Shown here: positions 1 through 11,087 of the stretch, piece by piece
How positions within the stretch are numbered: the first letter of the stretch is position 1
How the letters are laid out: every line of letters starts with the position of its first letter
The notes under the pieces: model-generated
The model's input: only the letters and a program-made list of their open reading frames with translations
Told to the model about the DNA's origin: nothing
Databases searched by the model: none
DNA from: Klebsormidium nitens
Lineage: Eukaryota; Plantae; Klebsormidiophyceae
Length of the DNA: 64,000 nucleotides
Reading direction: 5' to 3'
Assembly: GCA_000708835.1 (NCBI GenBank)
Contig: DF237147.1
Span: 1 to 64,000 of the forward strand
Program-made: the position numbers and the translations under genes

Positions 1-95
1 TCACTTCTAGTTACCATCGAATTACCGTCGACGTCGTGATCCTACAACCCTAGAATCACCCAGAGATTCGGTCCCTAAATGCCCGTATCTCAACA
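1..95 (-). mobile_element. Partial LTR (copia family A), reverse orientation, runs off the left edge; inserted into another copia pol
   Basis: Reverse complement begins TGTTGAGATACGGGCATTTAGGGACCGAATCTCTGGGTGATTCTAGGG, nearly identical to the solo LTR at 6056. Copia RNase H coding sequence resumes at 96 ([19 protein letters not shown]). Confidence 0.85.
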
Positions 96-557
96 ACTCT
101 CATCGCTTATTGCGACGCGGATTACGCGGGTGACGTGGACACAAAGCGGTCCACAACGGGGTACGTCTTCCTGATGTATGGGGGGCCGGTGAGCTGGTCG
201 AGTGGGCTGCAGCCAACGGTGGCAGCCTCGACGGTAAAGGCGGAGTACATGAGCGCAGCGCAATCGGTGAAGGAGGCGCTGTGGTTCCGCAAACTCGGGG
301 GAGACCTGGAATTGGACTTTGGGACGGTCCTGATCTACTGCGACAACCAAGGGCCAATACGGCTCCTCAAGCACCCGATCGCTTCACAGCGGTTGAAGCA
401 CATTGACGTGATTCACCACTTTGCACGGGAGCGTGTGGCACGCAAGGAGGTCGCGTTCGCGTACTGCGGGACGGAGGACATGAAGGCGGACATCATGACC
501 AAGGCGTTGGCACCGGGGAAGTTCAAGAAGTGCAAGAGCGAGATAGGAATTGCATAA
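96..557 (+). pseudogene. Ty1/copia pol C-terminus (RNase H domain), interrupted upstream by the LTR at 1-95
   Basis: [20 protein letters not shown]...SSTVKAEYM...IYCDNQG...[12 protein letters not shown]...[11 protein letters not shown] are typical copia RNase H motifs; stop TAA at 555-557. Confidence 0.95.
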
Positions 558-570
558 GTCATTAGTGTGT

Positions 571-577
571 GGGGGAG
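571..577 (+). other. Polypurine tract (PPT) of the copia element
   Basis: GGGGGAG immediately before the TGTTG LTR start at 578, just downstream of the pol stop. Confidence 0.8.
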
Positions 578-965
578 TGTTGAGATTCGGGCATTTAGTG
601 TGCGCGATCTCTTGGGTGACGTCGACGGGAGTTCGACGATAACCGGTAGTTAGCGGTTGGCGGTTAAATTAGCGGTTGGCGGTTAAATGCGCGCGGGTTA
701 CAGCGTTACACCCGAATGACTTATTGAGTAACCGCCGTAATGAGTAGGTTAGATAATAGCCGTAGATATTCAGATTTGCGCGAGATTTCCGGACTTGCTT
801 ATCCGCGGTCAACTGAGCCTACTAGGCTATCAGTGTACTCCTAGTCTCACAGTGACTCTAGGTAGTGTGACTCTAGGGTAGCGCCGCTAGACTCCGAACA
901 CTCCATATGTATTGTGTGAACTTGATCATTCGATCATTCATTCCAAACAACGCCGTGTTTCAATA
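578..965 (+). mobile_element. 3' LTR of the copia element (family A), ~388 bp
   Basis: Starts TGTTGAGATTCGGGCATTT after the PPT and ends GTGTTTCAATA (terminal CA mutated to TA relative to GTGTTTCAACA at 6407). Shares blocks with 6056-6407 (GGTTAAATGCGCGCGG, CAGCGTTACACCCGAATGACTT, CTACTAGGCTA). Contains a 19-bp tandem duplication TTAGCGGTTGGCGGTTAAA at 650-687. Confidence 0.9.
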
Positions 966-999
966 GTTCTTGAGGCAGGAAGTTTTGATGGCTGACTTG

Positions 1000-3900
1000 A
1001 CAAGGAAGGACCTATAATTGATCACCATTCTGGAGTGCGTGAATCGACACGCTAAATGGCATCCTCACCAGAGTTGTTCTCGTGGTAGTGCATCCGGATG
1101 CAACAGAAGGTCGGGCCAATTTGCACGGTCTTGAACACAACGCTGTTGTCAGCACCTCCCCTTGTCGGCAAATGATGCTGCACTCGAGTGGACCCAAATA
1201 TTCAGAGAATGCTTGGACCATGGCAAGTTCAGCTAGCATGGCTGCAAATCTTCCGAGTTTGGTTCGTCAAGTAGTGTAAACACGTTGCTCAACTTCACGA
1301 GATTCGAAAGACCAAAGTTTGAGCGGCCCTGTCACCTTTCTTCCTTGACACACCACGGATCGTTCCAAGAACGCACTCCTTGAGCGTCGTATTGACTAAT
1401 ACCACTTCAAGTGCGTGCCTCTGCTTTCTCTGAAGCCGTTGCATAGATGTCGGGTAGTAGCAATTTTGACAAGTATCAATCAAAGATCTGGTCAAAAACT
1501 GCTTTGCGTGGGGCTCCTTTCCGAGCTGCTACGTCATTGTGGACAGGAGTACGATCTCTGGACCATTCTGGCTCATTAATCCATTAAAAAGAAGAGCGCA
1601 GAATTTTCAGCTGTTCAAGCTTAACCATCCACCTTAGGCAGAGATGGGAGCGGGGAGCTCTGAAGTCTGATGATGCCCGCCAATCCGTGCTCGAAACGCT
1701 CTATGGGCGCTTTGTTCTGCACCAAGTTGGAAAGGTCGTCAGACACGTATTGTTGATGGCGTCATGCGAGCAGTCCATCTGATGCACGAATTTGTGGGGT
1801 TTGCGACACACTGAAGTATCCGTCGAAGTCTAGCTAGGTACCACCCGCAATCGTCCTTTGTCTCTTTGATTAGAAACGCCGGAGTCTCACTTGTTCAAGT
1901 TGATGGAAATATCTCCCGGTTGGTCGAAATTCCGGATTGGGGTCGCTTTGGCTTGCGCAGCCGCTGAGCAGTACATACGCGTTTTTTCTGTAAACGGTGT
2001 GGATGACCATCACGTCGCTGTCGGTAAGATCTGCTGAGCGTGTGATTATGAGCTGTTTGTACCGAGCCTGTCCTTGATCAGCAAGTTCTCTGATGTCTTG
2101 GCATATCTGCATGGAGAAGCTTTACCAGTCTACAAATCCTGCATAAGTGCCACAGTGAGGTCTGCAATTAAAAGTAATTACTGCTGAGTTCCATGAAGAA
2201 TAGATGCAGAACTTTGACCGTCCCTTGTCGCTCACCTCCGCCGTGAATTCACCCGCATCTCGTGCGTCTTGGAAATGTCCCTGGATTAGGCGAACAATTA
2301 ACAGTCTTGTTTTAATGCCTGCACACGAATGTCATGCGTGAGCTGATCAGATGATCTATGCTTTCGAATCTGTATTTCCGGTGAAAGGAAACGCAGAACT
2401 TGCGCCTTTATGATTCTCAAAATACTTTCGCACCTTCGCCTTTCGTGTCATAGTACTTACACTTCAACTGGGAGGAGTTTCCGGCCTGCACATAATTCTA
2501 CACATGATTGTGCACATGATGATTCTGCAGTGAGGGATTCGTGGGAGACTGCTCACTCGTCGTAGAAGCGTCGAGCTCAGTGATCTCATGCCAAGCTCCG
2601 TAGATCGACATTGTGCTTTAGCACATTCAGCAGAGCGTCAACGTTGTCATCCATGTTCCGTGTTCCATTCAGAGTGACGTCGTCTGCCAGAATTATAAAC
2701 AAGTTGCAAGCCTGCAGACAAAAATGGCCGCACTAGAGCTGTCATGAATTGAGTTTCATAAAAGCTTGAGCAGTTTGTGAGGTGTTTAAGGGACGTGTCG
2801 TTGAAGAGGCGCCAGTTTCTGTGGTGTTCCCATTATTCCTGCTGCGATTCCACATGCGTCATTCAAAACATCAAGACAATTGAGCTCGTGTTTCCAATTC
2901 CTCGCTTTCATTGGCGTGGCTTATAGGAAGCGGCCCGTTTGAAGATACAGATTGCAATGCAACTGAAGAGTAGTTGGATCGTTTGAATGTCAGAATATGA
3001 TCATTTGAAGTTGACCAGACGGATTCCAGCGTTTCGTTCCTCACCGAATTAAAGACTTCCATAAAAGTGTCGTCTGATGAAGAGGCTACTCTGATCCCCG
3101 AAACCAACAGATGTGCAATATACGGATTTTCCCGAGATGAAAGAACACACCTTGATGATGAGCCGTGATGTTGCATTATTGTCGGTCAAGGAGCAAACGT
3201 CATTGACTCTTGATTGGCGTGTGTTGTTAGATGCTTCTATGTCAGCTTCCATCGCAATATTGCTCGACCGCAAAGGTTGTGAGGATGAATTGTAAGTTTT
3301 TCCTCAAGGCAAAAGTCGAATAGAGCGGTAAATTTTCACCTCTGTTGAAATGTCTTCGTTGTCTGCTATAATAAAGCTCTTCCCCCCTGTATAGGGATTT
3401 TGCTTGCAGAACACTCAAACATTGTTTTGCACAGACTTCTGCAGCTTCGAAGCCAAGTTAATTGATTGTGTCTGCGAAGAGACCTCTTCCCAAATACTTT
3501 CTGCTCCTTCTCGAACAGATTTTGATCGCTTATTTGCCCTTGATCTAGCTACAAGTGCGTTGGCTTGCGTTTGCTTTGTCTCCATCCAGCCTGCGTTAAT
3601 CGAGCTGCGGAAACGGATCCATTAGCTCATTCGATGTAAGCCTCGCACCATCGCAATAAGAGCTCGCTTCAAGGTGAAACTCGTGTTAGATTTGGAGTTG
3701 AACCAGGCAAAAAGGGCCCGACAGTGGAGAACATGGTGCTAGCTAATCTAGATTTCTAAGCTATGGTGCTAGGTCCACTAGCACAAATATGCGTTGTGAT
3801 ATGACGTTATTTGCTCATTTGCAGTAGAAAGGAGGCCTGGCAGGCAGGCCGGCGGGCGTACGCTTTCCGTGTGGTCCGAGCTCTGATGACGCTTGAAAGT

Positions 3901-4740
3901 GCAAAACGTAATGCAGAGGCAGAGACGTGCAAAAACATAATGCAGCCACCCTCGCGCGGCCGCGCCGTCGGTATCAGGCTATGTCGCGACAAGGGCCGCG
4001 CGGCCACGTGGTTTTGCCATCTGCGCATGTAGAGCGCCGTGCGCTGGCCAGCTTGATGTTGATGACGTGTCCATAGGATGGCGCTCAAATTGGCATGCAG
4101 CTTTCTATATCCGACTCTGCGTGAACCCAGTGGATTATCGAAGGCAGATAATATACATTGCTAGATAAGATATTTTTGCAACGGTAATCCAGACCACACG
4201 TGTCCCACCTAACTACGCCGGCTAAGGTAGGCGTGAGACTCAGAAGCTACATTGCAACAGTAGTGTGGGTGTAGCGGTAGCCTCATGTTTCACCGGTGGC
4301 CTCAGTGCTCACTTTTGTCATTGATTGCTGTAAGGTACACAATTCTTGTTTTGAGGTTGCACCCATTGCTCTGCTCTGTAAAACACTTTCTATGCTCAAG
4401 TCAGCCACTCACAGCATAGGAATGGCGCCTGTCTGTGGAAGAATTAGGTCGGCGGAGTCCATCGTGCTTGCAAGCGGAAGGCTTCGTGGATGGATGGTTT
4501 GGACAGGCATGTTGAACAGACTTGTTGGGATCGATCACATATTCTGCACCCATGTTAGGAGGACATTCGTACCAGAGCTGCCCGCTGGTGTTGGCCTGGT
4601 GCCGCGCTAGTGTTGGCCAAGTGCCGCGCTGGTGCATTGACGGGCTGTGTTATGGCTGGCGGAGTTGCCTCTGGGCACTGCGCATGTGGTACGATCATGC
4701 TGATGCCCCTGGTGCTCCTGGTCCGGTGTGCTGACTACTG
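1000..4740 (-). pseudogene. Decayed multi-exon gene of unknown family
   Basis: Minus-strand blocks bounded by (T/G)GCAG acceptors and GTGAG/GTAAG donors. Examples: 1891-2106 (72 open codons, ICQDIRELADQGQARYKQLII...), 2557-2711 (LADDVTLNGTRNMDDNVDALLNVLKHNVDLRSL, two in-frame TGA) and a long frame at ~3050-3620 with two stops. Boundaries are approximate. Confidence 0.45.
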
Positions 4741-6010
4741 CTCGGGGAAGCGACTCCCTTGATCAGTGAGTAAGTGCTTTCGTGAGTTGGAGATCTTTGC
4801 GTAGTTGTTGAGAACTCTAGCGTTGCTCTTATATCGAGCTGCTAGCAACAGAGTATACTGAGTAGTTCAGACTGGATGAGATATGCGTCTCACCGCGTGC
4901 ATATATCACATAGAAACAATATCACAGTCTTCGTAGTCTTAGTGTGTCAACATGGCCTTGGTGAAAATCGAGACGTTCACAATTACAAGGGCTCTTTTGT
5001 GCATGTATATGACATAGGAACAATATTCAAAACAACAGGAGATTAGGTGTTAACGATTGCAGTTGCCTAGAAGGTCCTGTATGTGAGGATCCCACATCGA
5101 GCAGCGAAGTGCACTGCTTTTACGAGCGCTTGGGGATCTTTTGATTCTTGGCTTCACTCTCTTTCCCCCTCGGTAACCATTCGTTAATTCTATGTTGTCT
5201 CGCGGTCTGTAGGATGAACTTTGTTGCAATCCTTGCCGGCTCATGGTAATACCAAAGCTTGACCTCTCTAAAATCTAGGCAGATAATAGGCAGATAATAC
5301 CTTTTTCTACCTTCACACGAGCAGCACGGAAAGGAGTCACTCTCTGCGGCATCATCTGAACCGGGGTGCGGTCTAAAGTTTGTCTCAAGAGTTTGTCAGC
5401 TGTTGAGACCTTATGGCCCAACTAACTAAAACCCCTTGTTGTCCTCAATAACCAGGTGCAGAAGGAGAGAAAGGAATCCCTTTCTGCTACATCACCTGAA
5501 TAGGGTGTGGTAGTTTGCGATTACTCTTTCGCCTCGCAACACGGCTGAAGACAAAGTGATAAACACAAAGTTATAAACAACACAACGTAACAAAATCCCT
5601 CCAAACTCTGTTAATCCGTTGATCTTGACTTTTCACTGATAAGATGTCCTCAAGCTCCTTCCTCATCTCCCCTGTGTGTGTTCGCAAGTTTATTCCAAGC
5701 TTCTTTTGCACTTTCAAAAGTTATGAAACAATTTGTGTGTGTGTTTACAACACTCACTTTTGAAAGTGAGTGAAGCCTGAGTCTGTTGAAGCTCTGGCAA
5801 GTGCGGGAAAGATGGCGGCAGGCATGCGAAATGGCGAAGATCCTGCGGTGGGTTCAGCACGCCTAGAAGATGCTCCTGTCAATATCAAAGATTCTGATGA
5901 GGACAGCGATGGTGAAGGGGTGATGAGGGACGAGTGGGTGCGGAACGGGAACGGGGCGTGCTCGCTGTTGGAAGAGATGAGGAGAGCGAGGATGGTGTGG
6001 GGCGGAGGCT

Positions 6011-7148
6011 GGGTATGATGTTGTGGAGCGGGAAGAGGCCTCTGGTGGCGGTGCGCATTGAGATACGGGCATTTAGGTACCGAATCTCTGGGTGATTCTA
6101 GGGTTTTAGGATCACTACGTCGACGGTATTCGACAATAATTAGAAGTTGCAGTTACACGGTTAAATGCGCGCGGATTACAGCGTTACACCCGAATGACTT
6201 GGCGATAACCGTCGATATTGTGTAGGTTCGATAATGGCCGTCGACGTACGGCATAGAGTGAAATTTTCGAACTTACTAGGTGACGGTCCACTAAGCCTAC
6301 TAGGCTAGAGTGTAGACCTAGAGATAGGCCGTGACTCGGAACCCTCCATATACATTGTGTGAACTTGGTTGATTAAATATCACTTCCAACAACGCTGTGT
6401 TTCAACAGTGCGTCTGAAGGTGCAGCTGTTACTACTGTCGGTGACAAGGCAGGGGTTCCGGCTGGCGATACGGGGGAACAAGGGGGCATAGAACCGGAAG
6501 TTGGATTTTAAGGCACGCTTGAGAAGTGGCGCCAGGAGATTGACTTGGGGAGGCGAACACGGTTGCAACAAATCATCCTGGTCCCTCGGGTGATCAAGCA
6601 GAGAAACGACCTAAGAGTGCCCACTGTCAAGTCGGACTAGGAGCCTGCCGCCACTCAGCTGGCATGCGTGCTTCCGCCAAGGATCAAAAAACTCAGGGGG
6701 AAGGAAGTGGAGGTTCCGGGCACCCCCCCTCGCAGAGCGCTGGGCATCACTCAAGGGGTTGTAAACCTGCTGGAAAGCATGGAGGTGCATACCATGGGCC
6801 TGCCGGAGTCAAACGGGTTGAACGAGCTCAGATGGCGGTTGATGGCGCGAGCGCAGCGGTGGTGCGGGATGGTGTTGGACATTGCATTCCAGCTGAAGCA
6901 ATGGTCGATCCTTGATTGGCTGCCAGCCGGGGGGGAGGGGCCGAAGATTGTGCGGGGCATGCCTGTCGACCCGCTGCTGCCCCAAGATGTGCCAGGGGGC
7001 TACTCTAACGAGCTGAGACTCCCGCACGTGTGCTCGCGGCTTGCGATTGTGTTGCTCATAACCGGCATGCGCGAGACGTACAGCCGGCTTGTCCTCTACC
7101 TGGTAGACTGCGCCAGCTTCATCAACATGTCCCAGACTCACGATCATG
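6011..7148 (+). pseudogene. Unidentified broken reading frame (~260 codons) split by the solo LTR
   Basis: Removing 6056-6412 (LTR plus one TSD) gives one frame: YDVVEREEASGGGA|SEGAAVTT...EKWRQEIDLG...LPPRIKKLRG...YSRLVLYLVDCASF. It has only two stops (TAA, TAG) and ends at the N gap. Confidence 0.45.
6056..6407 (+). mobile_element. Solo LTR (copia family A), 352 bp, with 5-bp TSD GTGCG
   Basis: GTGCG at 6051-6055 and 6408-6412. Ends TGTTTCAACA. Starts CATTGAGATACGGGC (TG replaced by CA). Homologous to 1-95 and 578-965. Confidence 0.92.
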
Positions 7149-7168
7149 NNNNNNNNNNNNNNNNNNNN
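7149..7168. other. Assembly gap (20 N)
   Basis: Run of N; sequence on the two sides is unrelated. Confidence 0.99.
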
Positions 7169-8172
7169 CCCAAGTGAGCAAGCACACGACCTTGCAAGCG
7201 CTCCTAGCGGTGGTTGCGGAGCGCGACTTGGAGTTGCACCAATTGGACGTCAAGACGGCGTTCCTCAACGGTAAGCTCGAGGAGGAGATCTACATGAAGC
7301 AACCGGAGGGGTACGAGCAAGGCGGGCCCAACGTGGTTGCCACCTCAAGCGCACCATGTACGGGTTGCGCCAAGCACCGCGTGCGTGGCACACGCGGTTG
7401 AAGAAGGAGCTCGGTAACTTCGAGTTCGTGGCGTCCTTTGCGGATGCGGTGCTCTTCGTGGAAAAGGTGAACGGGGAGCGGGTTTACCTCATCGTTTGGG
7501 TGGACGAGATCCTCGTCGCGGCCCGGGGAGCGGAGCGGATTGCGAAGGTGAAGGCGCACTTGGCGGACAAGTTCGACGTGCGGGACTTGGGGGAGGCGAC
7601 GTACTTCCTCCGGAAGGAGTTGGCGCGCGACCGGGAGGCGCGAACTTTGAAGCTCACCCAAAAGAAGCTCACCGGAGAGCTTGTTGCGCGGCACGGATTG
7701 GCGGGCGCAAGGGCGCGCTCGGTCCCCCTTGGTGCGGGGAAGAAGTTGACGAGAGTGTGAGCCGCTTGACACGGCGAGATTCCCCTATAGCGAGCTCATA
7801 GGAAGCTTGCTCTACTTGAGTGTGTGCACGCGGCCCAACATTACTCAGGCCGTGGGGGCATTGGCGCGCTACACAAGCGCGCCAACGGACGCACATTGGG
7901 CGGCGGCGCTTGAGGTGGGGACCGCGGAGGACGGAATAACCTTTGGGGGGAGCGGTGAGGTCCTTGAGGCGTTTTGCGACACGGACTTTGCGGGAGACGT
8001 TGACACGAAGCGTTCCACGACCGGGTACGTCTTCCTGATGTACGGGGGAGCGGTGCGTTGGTCGAGCCGTCTTCAGCCGACAATTGCGGCGTCGACGGTG
8101 GAAGCAGAGTATATGAGTGCGGGGCAGGCGGTAAAGGAGGCGCTGTGGTTTCGCAAGTTGGCGGGAGACTTG
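7169..8172 (+). pseudogene. Ty1/copia reverse transcriptase-RNase H fragment, frameshifted and 3'-truncated
   Basis: [36 protein letters not shown]; [10 protein letters not shown]; YLIVWVDEIL; FDVRDLGEATYFL; LLYLSVCTRPNI; [19 protein letters not shown]. Spread over three ORF segments with two frameshifts; breaks off at LWFRKLAGDL with no LTR. Confidence 0.95.
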
Positions 8173-8219
8173 AATTCGAATCTTAGTGGAGACAACTTGG
8201 ACGTGAATGCTCAAAAGGG

Positions 8220-8963
8220 TTGCATGTGTGCGTAAGCATATTATGCATAGGGGTTCCATTTACTGACTGGTGGGAAAGAGACGAGCCTGGAAGGAATGAT
8301 GTGATTGGAGAATCCGATCTGCACATTATGTTAAGTTTGACGCACCACCACTTGGGCGACACTGGCGCCCGAGTAATCCAAATGGTAGCGCGTCAACCTT
8401 GATACTACAAACGTCACCTCCGGGACTGGCCCAATCAAAGCGTCCTAGAGCACCTTCGAAGTCCCCGGTAAGACTTCCGGCAGAATCGGACCAAAGATAC
8501 TGGAAAAGGTGAGAAGTTTGGGGACCGAACACAGCCCAAAGACTTTGCGCCGAACACAACACGGACTCCGAAAATAGAGAAACTGAAAAGAGGATTGAGT
8601 CCTAAGGTGCTTGGTCGAATCAAAAAAAAAGAACTAGATCAAATGTAGGAGCAATGAAAAACTATGGGCATCCCCGAAGGCGATCACAAACGCTCTGGCA
8701 GATTTCAACTCGAAGAGGAAGTGGAGTACGAGAAAGCCCAAAAAGAGGGGGAAAAAAGAAAGGAAGCAGAGCTGAAGCTGAAGACAGAGGACGATGAAGG
8801 GCAGAAGTGGGAAACGACAGAGATGGCCCACGGGGTTGGATTAAGTGAAGATTGCGCTCGAGGAAAGTGCGTTGAACCGGGGTTGCCGCCAAGCACGGAT
8901 GCCGAAAAGGGGCCTACTTTGGGAGTCACCGGCGGGGCCGTGGGCGGCGGTTGGCGAAGCTGA
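8220..8963 (+). pseudogene. Degraded charged-rich ORF, probably transposon-derived (gag-like is a guess)
   Basis: One frame of ~245 codons with four stops; IEKLKRGLSPKVLGRI followed by an E/K-rich coiled-coil-like tract. No diagnostic motif recognised. Confidence 0.3.
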
Positions 8964-9644
8964 AGGGCGCGGTCGATTTAAGGGAGCCGGTCGCAGAGCT
9001 AGGGCATGAAGCCGCTCCTCAAGCGCCATTTGCGTTGGTAAGTCGCTTTCGCTTCATGCACGTGCCATCCAAGGCTTTCGCTTCAAGAAAGAAATCCAAT
9101 GCTGACGAACAACTTCGCCCTGAGTGTTGAGATTAAGGTTGGTTGACGGCCAAATTGTGGACATTGAGAACAAAGAGAAGAACTACTTGTAAGACTAAGA
9201 TGAAAGAGAGTGAGGGCTTTACACATTAAGATGAAAGAAGCTGAAGACTTTGGCAGATGAAGAGAGAAGGGTTGAGAGCTTGGCAGATGAAGATGAAAAG
9301 GATTGAGTACCTGATAGATTAAGATGACAGGAGCTATAGCTTCTCCCGAGCAACCTGCTACTTTTAGTGTCATCTAATTTAGAACAATTTCACTCACAAA
9401 CAGACTGACTAAGTTACACTAATATTGTCACTAAAACTAGCAGATTGCTCGGGACTAGCTGTACATGCTTGGCGGATTAAGATAAAAGAAATTGAGCGCT
9501 CGATGGATTAAAATGAAAGGGATTGTGTGCTAGATTGGCAGATAAAAACCAAACAGATTTGGAAGAATTTGGGAGATTAAGGACCTGGAAAAGGTAGATG
9601 CAAAAGATGAAGACCGGATTTGTGTGGACCATTCGATGGTAGTT

Positions 9645-9890
9645 GGTTGGAGTGACAGAAGCTAGGCCGTCGATTATAGTATCCACGTATCTAAGGGCTA
9701 TGGTAGACTTGGACTAGGTTGAAGTAGACCTAGCTACGGGATTGGACTTGACTTGAACCATTGTCATGTGATCGATATTCATACTAAGAGATGCTTGGTG
9801 AGAGTTAAGGCGCTTCTTTTGTGAAGGCGCTTGTTCGTGAGGGTGGTTGAATCCCTCGTAGGTTTCAAGCATGAGCGTGTGATTTTAACA
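9645..9890 (+). mobile_element. Older degenerate LTR (family B)
   Basis: Ends CATGAGCGTGTGATTTTAACA. Its reverse complement aligns to the solo LTR at 10780 (TGTTAAAATCACACGCTCATGCTTG vs TGTTGAAAACATTCACTCATGCTTG; CACAAAAGAAGCGCCTT block). No clean TSD; left end approximate. Confidence 0.5.
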
Positions 9891-9951
9891 TTAGGTCGGT
9901 TAAGCAGTGCTCTCTTGTCATAGCGTTTTTGGAGTAGCTCGCAATTCCGCC

Positions 9952-10453
9952 TGTTAGAATTCGGTGATCATAGTCAGCCGAATTACTATGCGATTAGGGT
10001 TCGCCCGAGTTGGGGTTTGAACTAGTGAACGCCGACGTGCGTGTACGGCGGTTAGACGGTTAAACCGTTAGGCGGTTTGGAGGTTAGGCGGTGGAGAGCG
10101 GCCGTCAGTGTAAGCCGTAGATGAGGATATCGAAGGCTAAGATTGAGTGTGACTGTGAGCTAGGCTAGTGAGCCTAGTAGTGTGTGACTTAGGCTAGTGA
10201 GCCTAGTAGGCTAATGAGCCTAGTGGAACGGGAGAGACCCGTAAGACATATGGTGGTGGAAACCACTATTTTGATACATCATTCTAAGAGAAGTTTGTGA
10301 AGAGAAGGAAGCCGCTTGTGAGGCGCTTCGTGTGTTCCTCTTAGGATGCATGGCTGCCATCAATGAGTGATGAGCTTGGGTGCCGGGCAACACGATAAGA
10401 CTCGATGACGAGTAATTCAAGTAGACTACGACTCCCTACCATGAGTTTCAACA
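9952..10453 (+). mobile_element. Solo LTR (family B), 502 bp, with 5-bp TSD CCGCC
   Basis: TGTTAGAA...TTTCAACA termini; CCGCC at 9947-9951 and 10454-10458; internal quasi-palindromic unit TAGGCTAGTGAGCCTAGTAG repeated three times at ~10161-10226. Confidence 0.88.
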
Positions 10454-10779
10454 CCGCCTCCAACTCCACTCGATTCTTGACGAGTAAGTGGTCGGGGTGT
10501 TTTAACGAACATTCGTTTTGAGGAAAAGATCGGATGGGCTTGCGCCATCTACCCTCGGTCAGAATTTGGTGTCGAGGGGTCGAGGGGCGGATCGGCCCTC
10601 AATTTGTGTGCTGAGACTAGTCAAATTCACCGGTCGAACCACCGTCCACTATTATACATGCTACCTGCGTTGCCACGAGCCTCCCGGTCCAAACTCTCAC
10701 CCGTGCCATTACGACCGGCAGTGGTCACTCTTGAGTGGTCACCCATTTTAATCCAATCTTGATTGGAGTACATGCTAAC

Positions 10780-11087
10780 TGTTGAAAACATTCACTCATG
10801 CTTGTAATAACATAGGGTCGAACTTCACCCTCACATACAAGCTGCTTCACAAAGAAGCGCCTTCCTCTCTTACAAGCATCCCCTAGAATGAGTCAGGTTC
10901 TTTTGATATGAGCTCAAGTCATATAGCCTAGCTCAAGCCTAACTTTAACCAACAAAAGAACCCATCGAACGGCTCACTGTCAAGTAAGAACCTAACATCG
11001 TACGGTCTCTACTAGCCTAGCTAACTTGCTAGTAACCACGGCCTAAAATCAACAATCTGGCCGCCTAACCCACTATCACTTCCAACA
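10780..11087 (-). mobile_element. Solo LTR (family B-related), 308 bp, with 5-bp TSD CTAAC
   Basis: TGTTGAAA...TTCCAACA termini; CTAAC at 10775-10779 and 11088-11092; reverse-complement similarity to 9952-10453 and 9645-9890. Confidence 0.88.

Noticed and set aside
1012-1300. hAT transposase-like words (GCT..H, TDN-like) in 1.0-1.3 kb and ~3.1 kb
   Set aside because: Needs several frameshifts to assemble; no TIR or 8-bp TSD; splice-site pattern fits a host pseudogene better.
5751-5772. Short hairpin CACTCACTT-TTG-AAGTGAGTG
   Set aside because: Isolated 9-bp stem with no supporting context.
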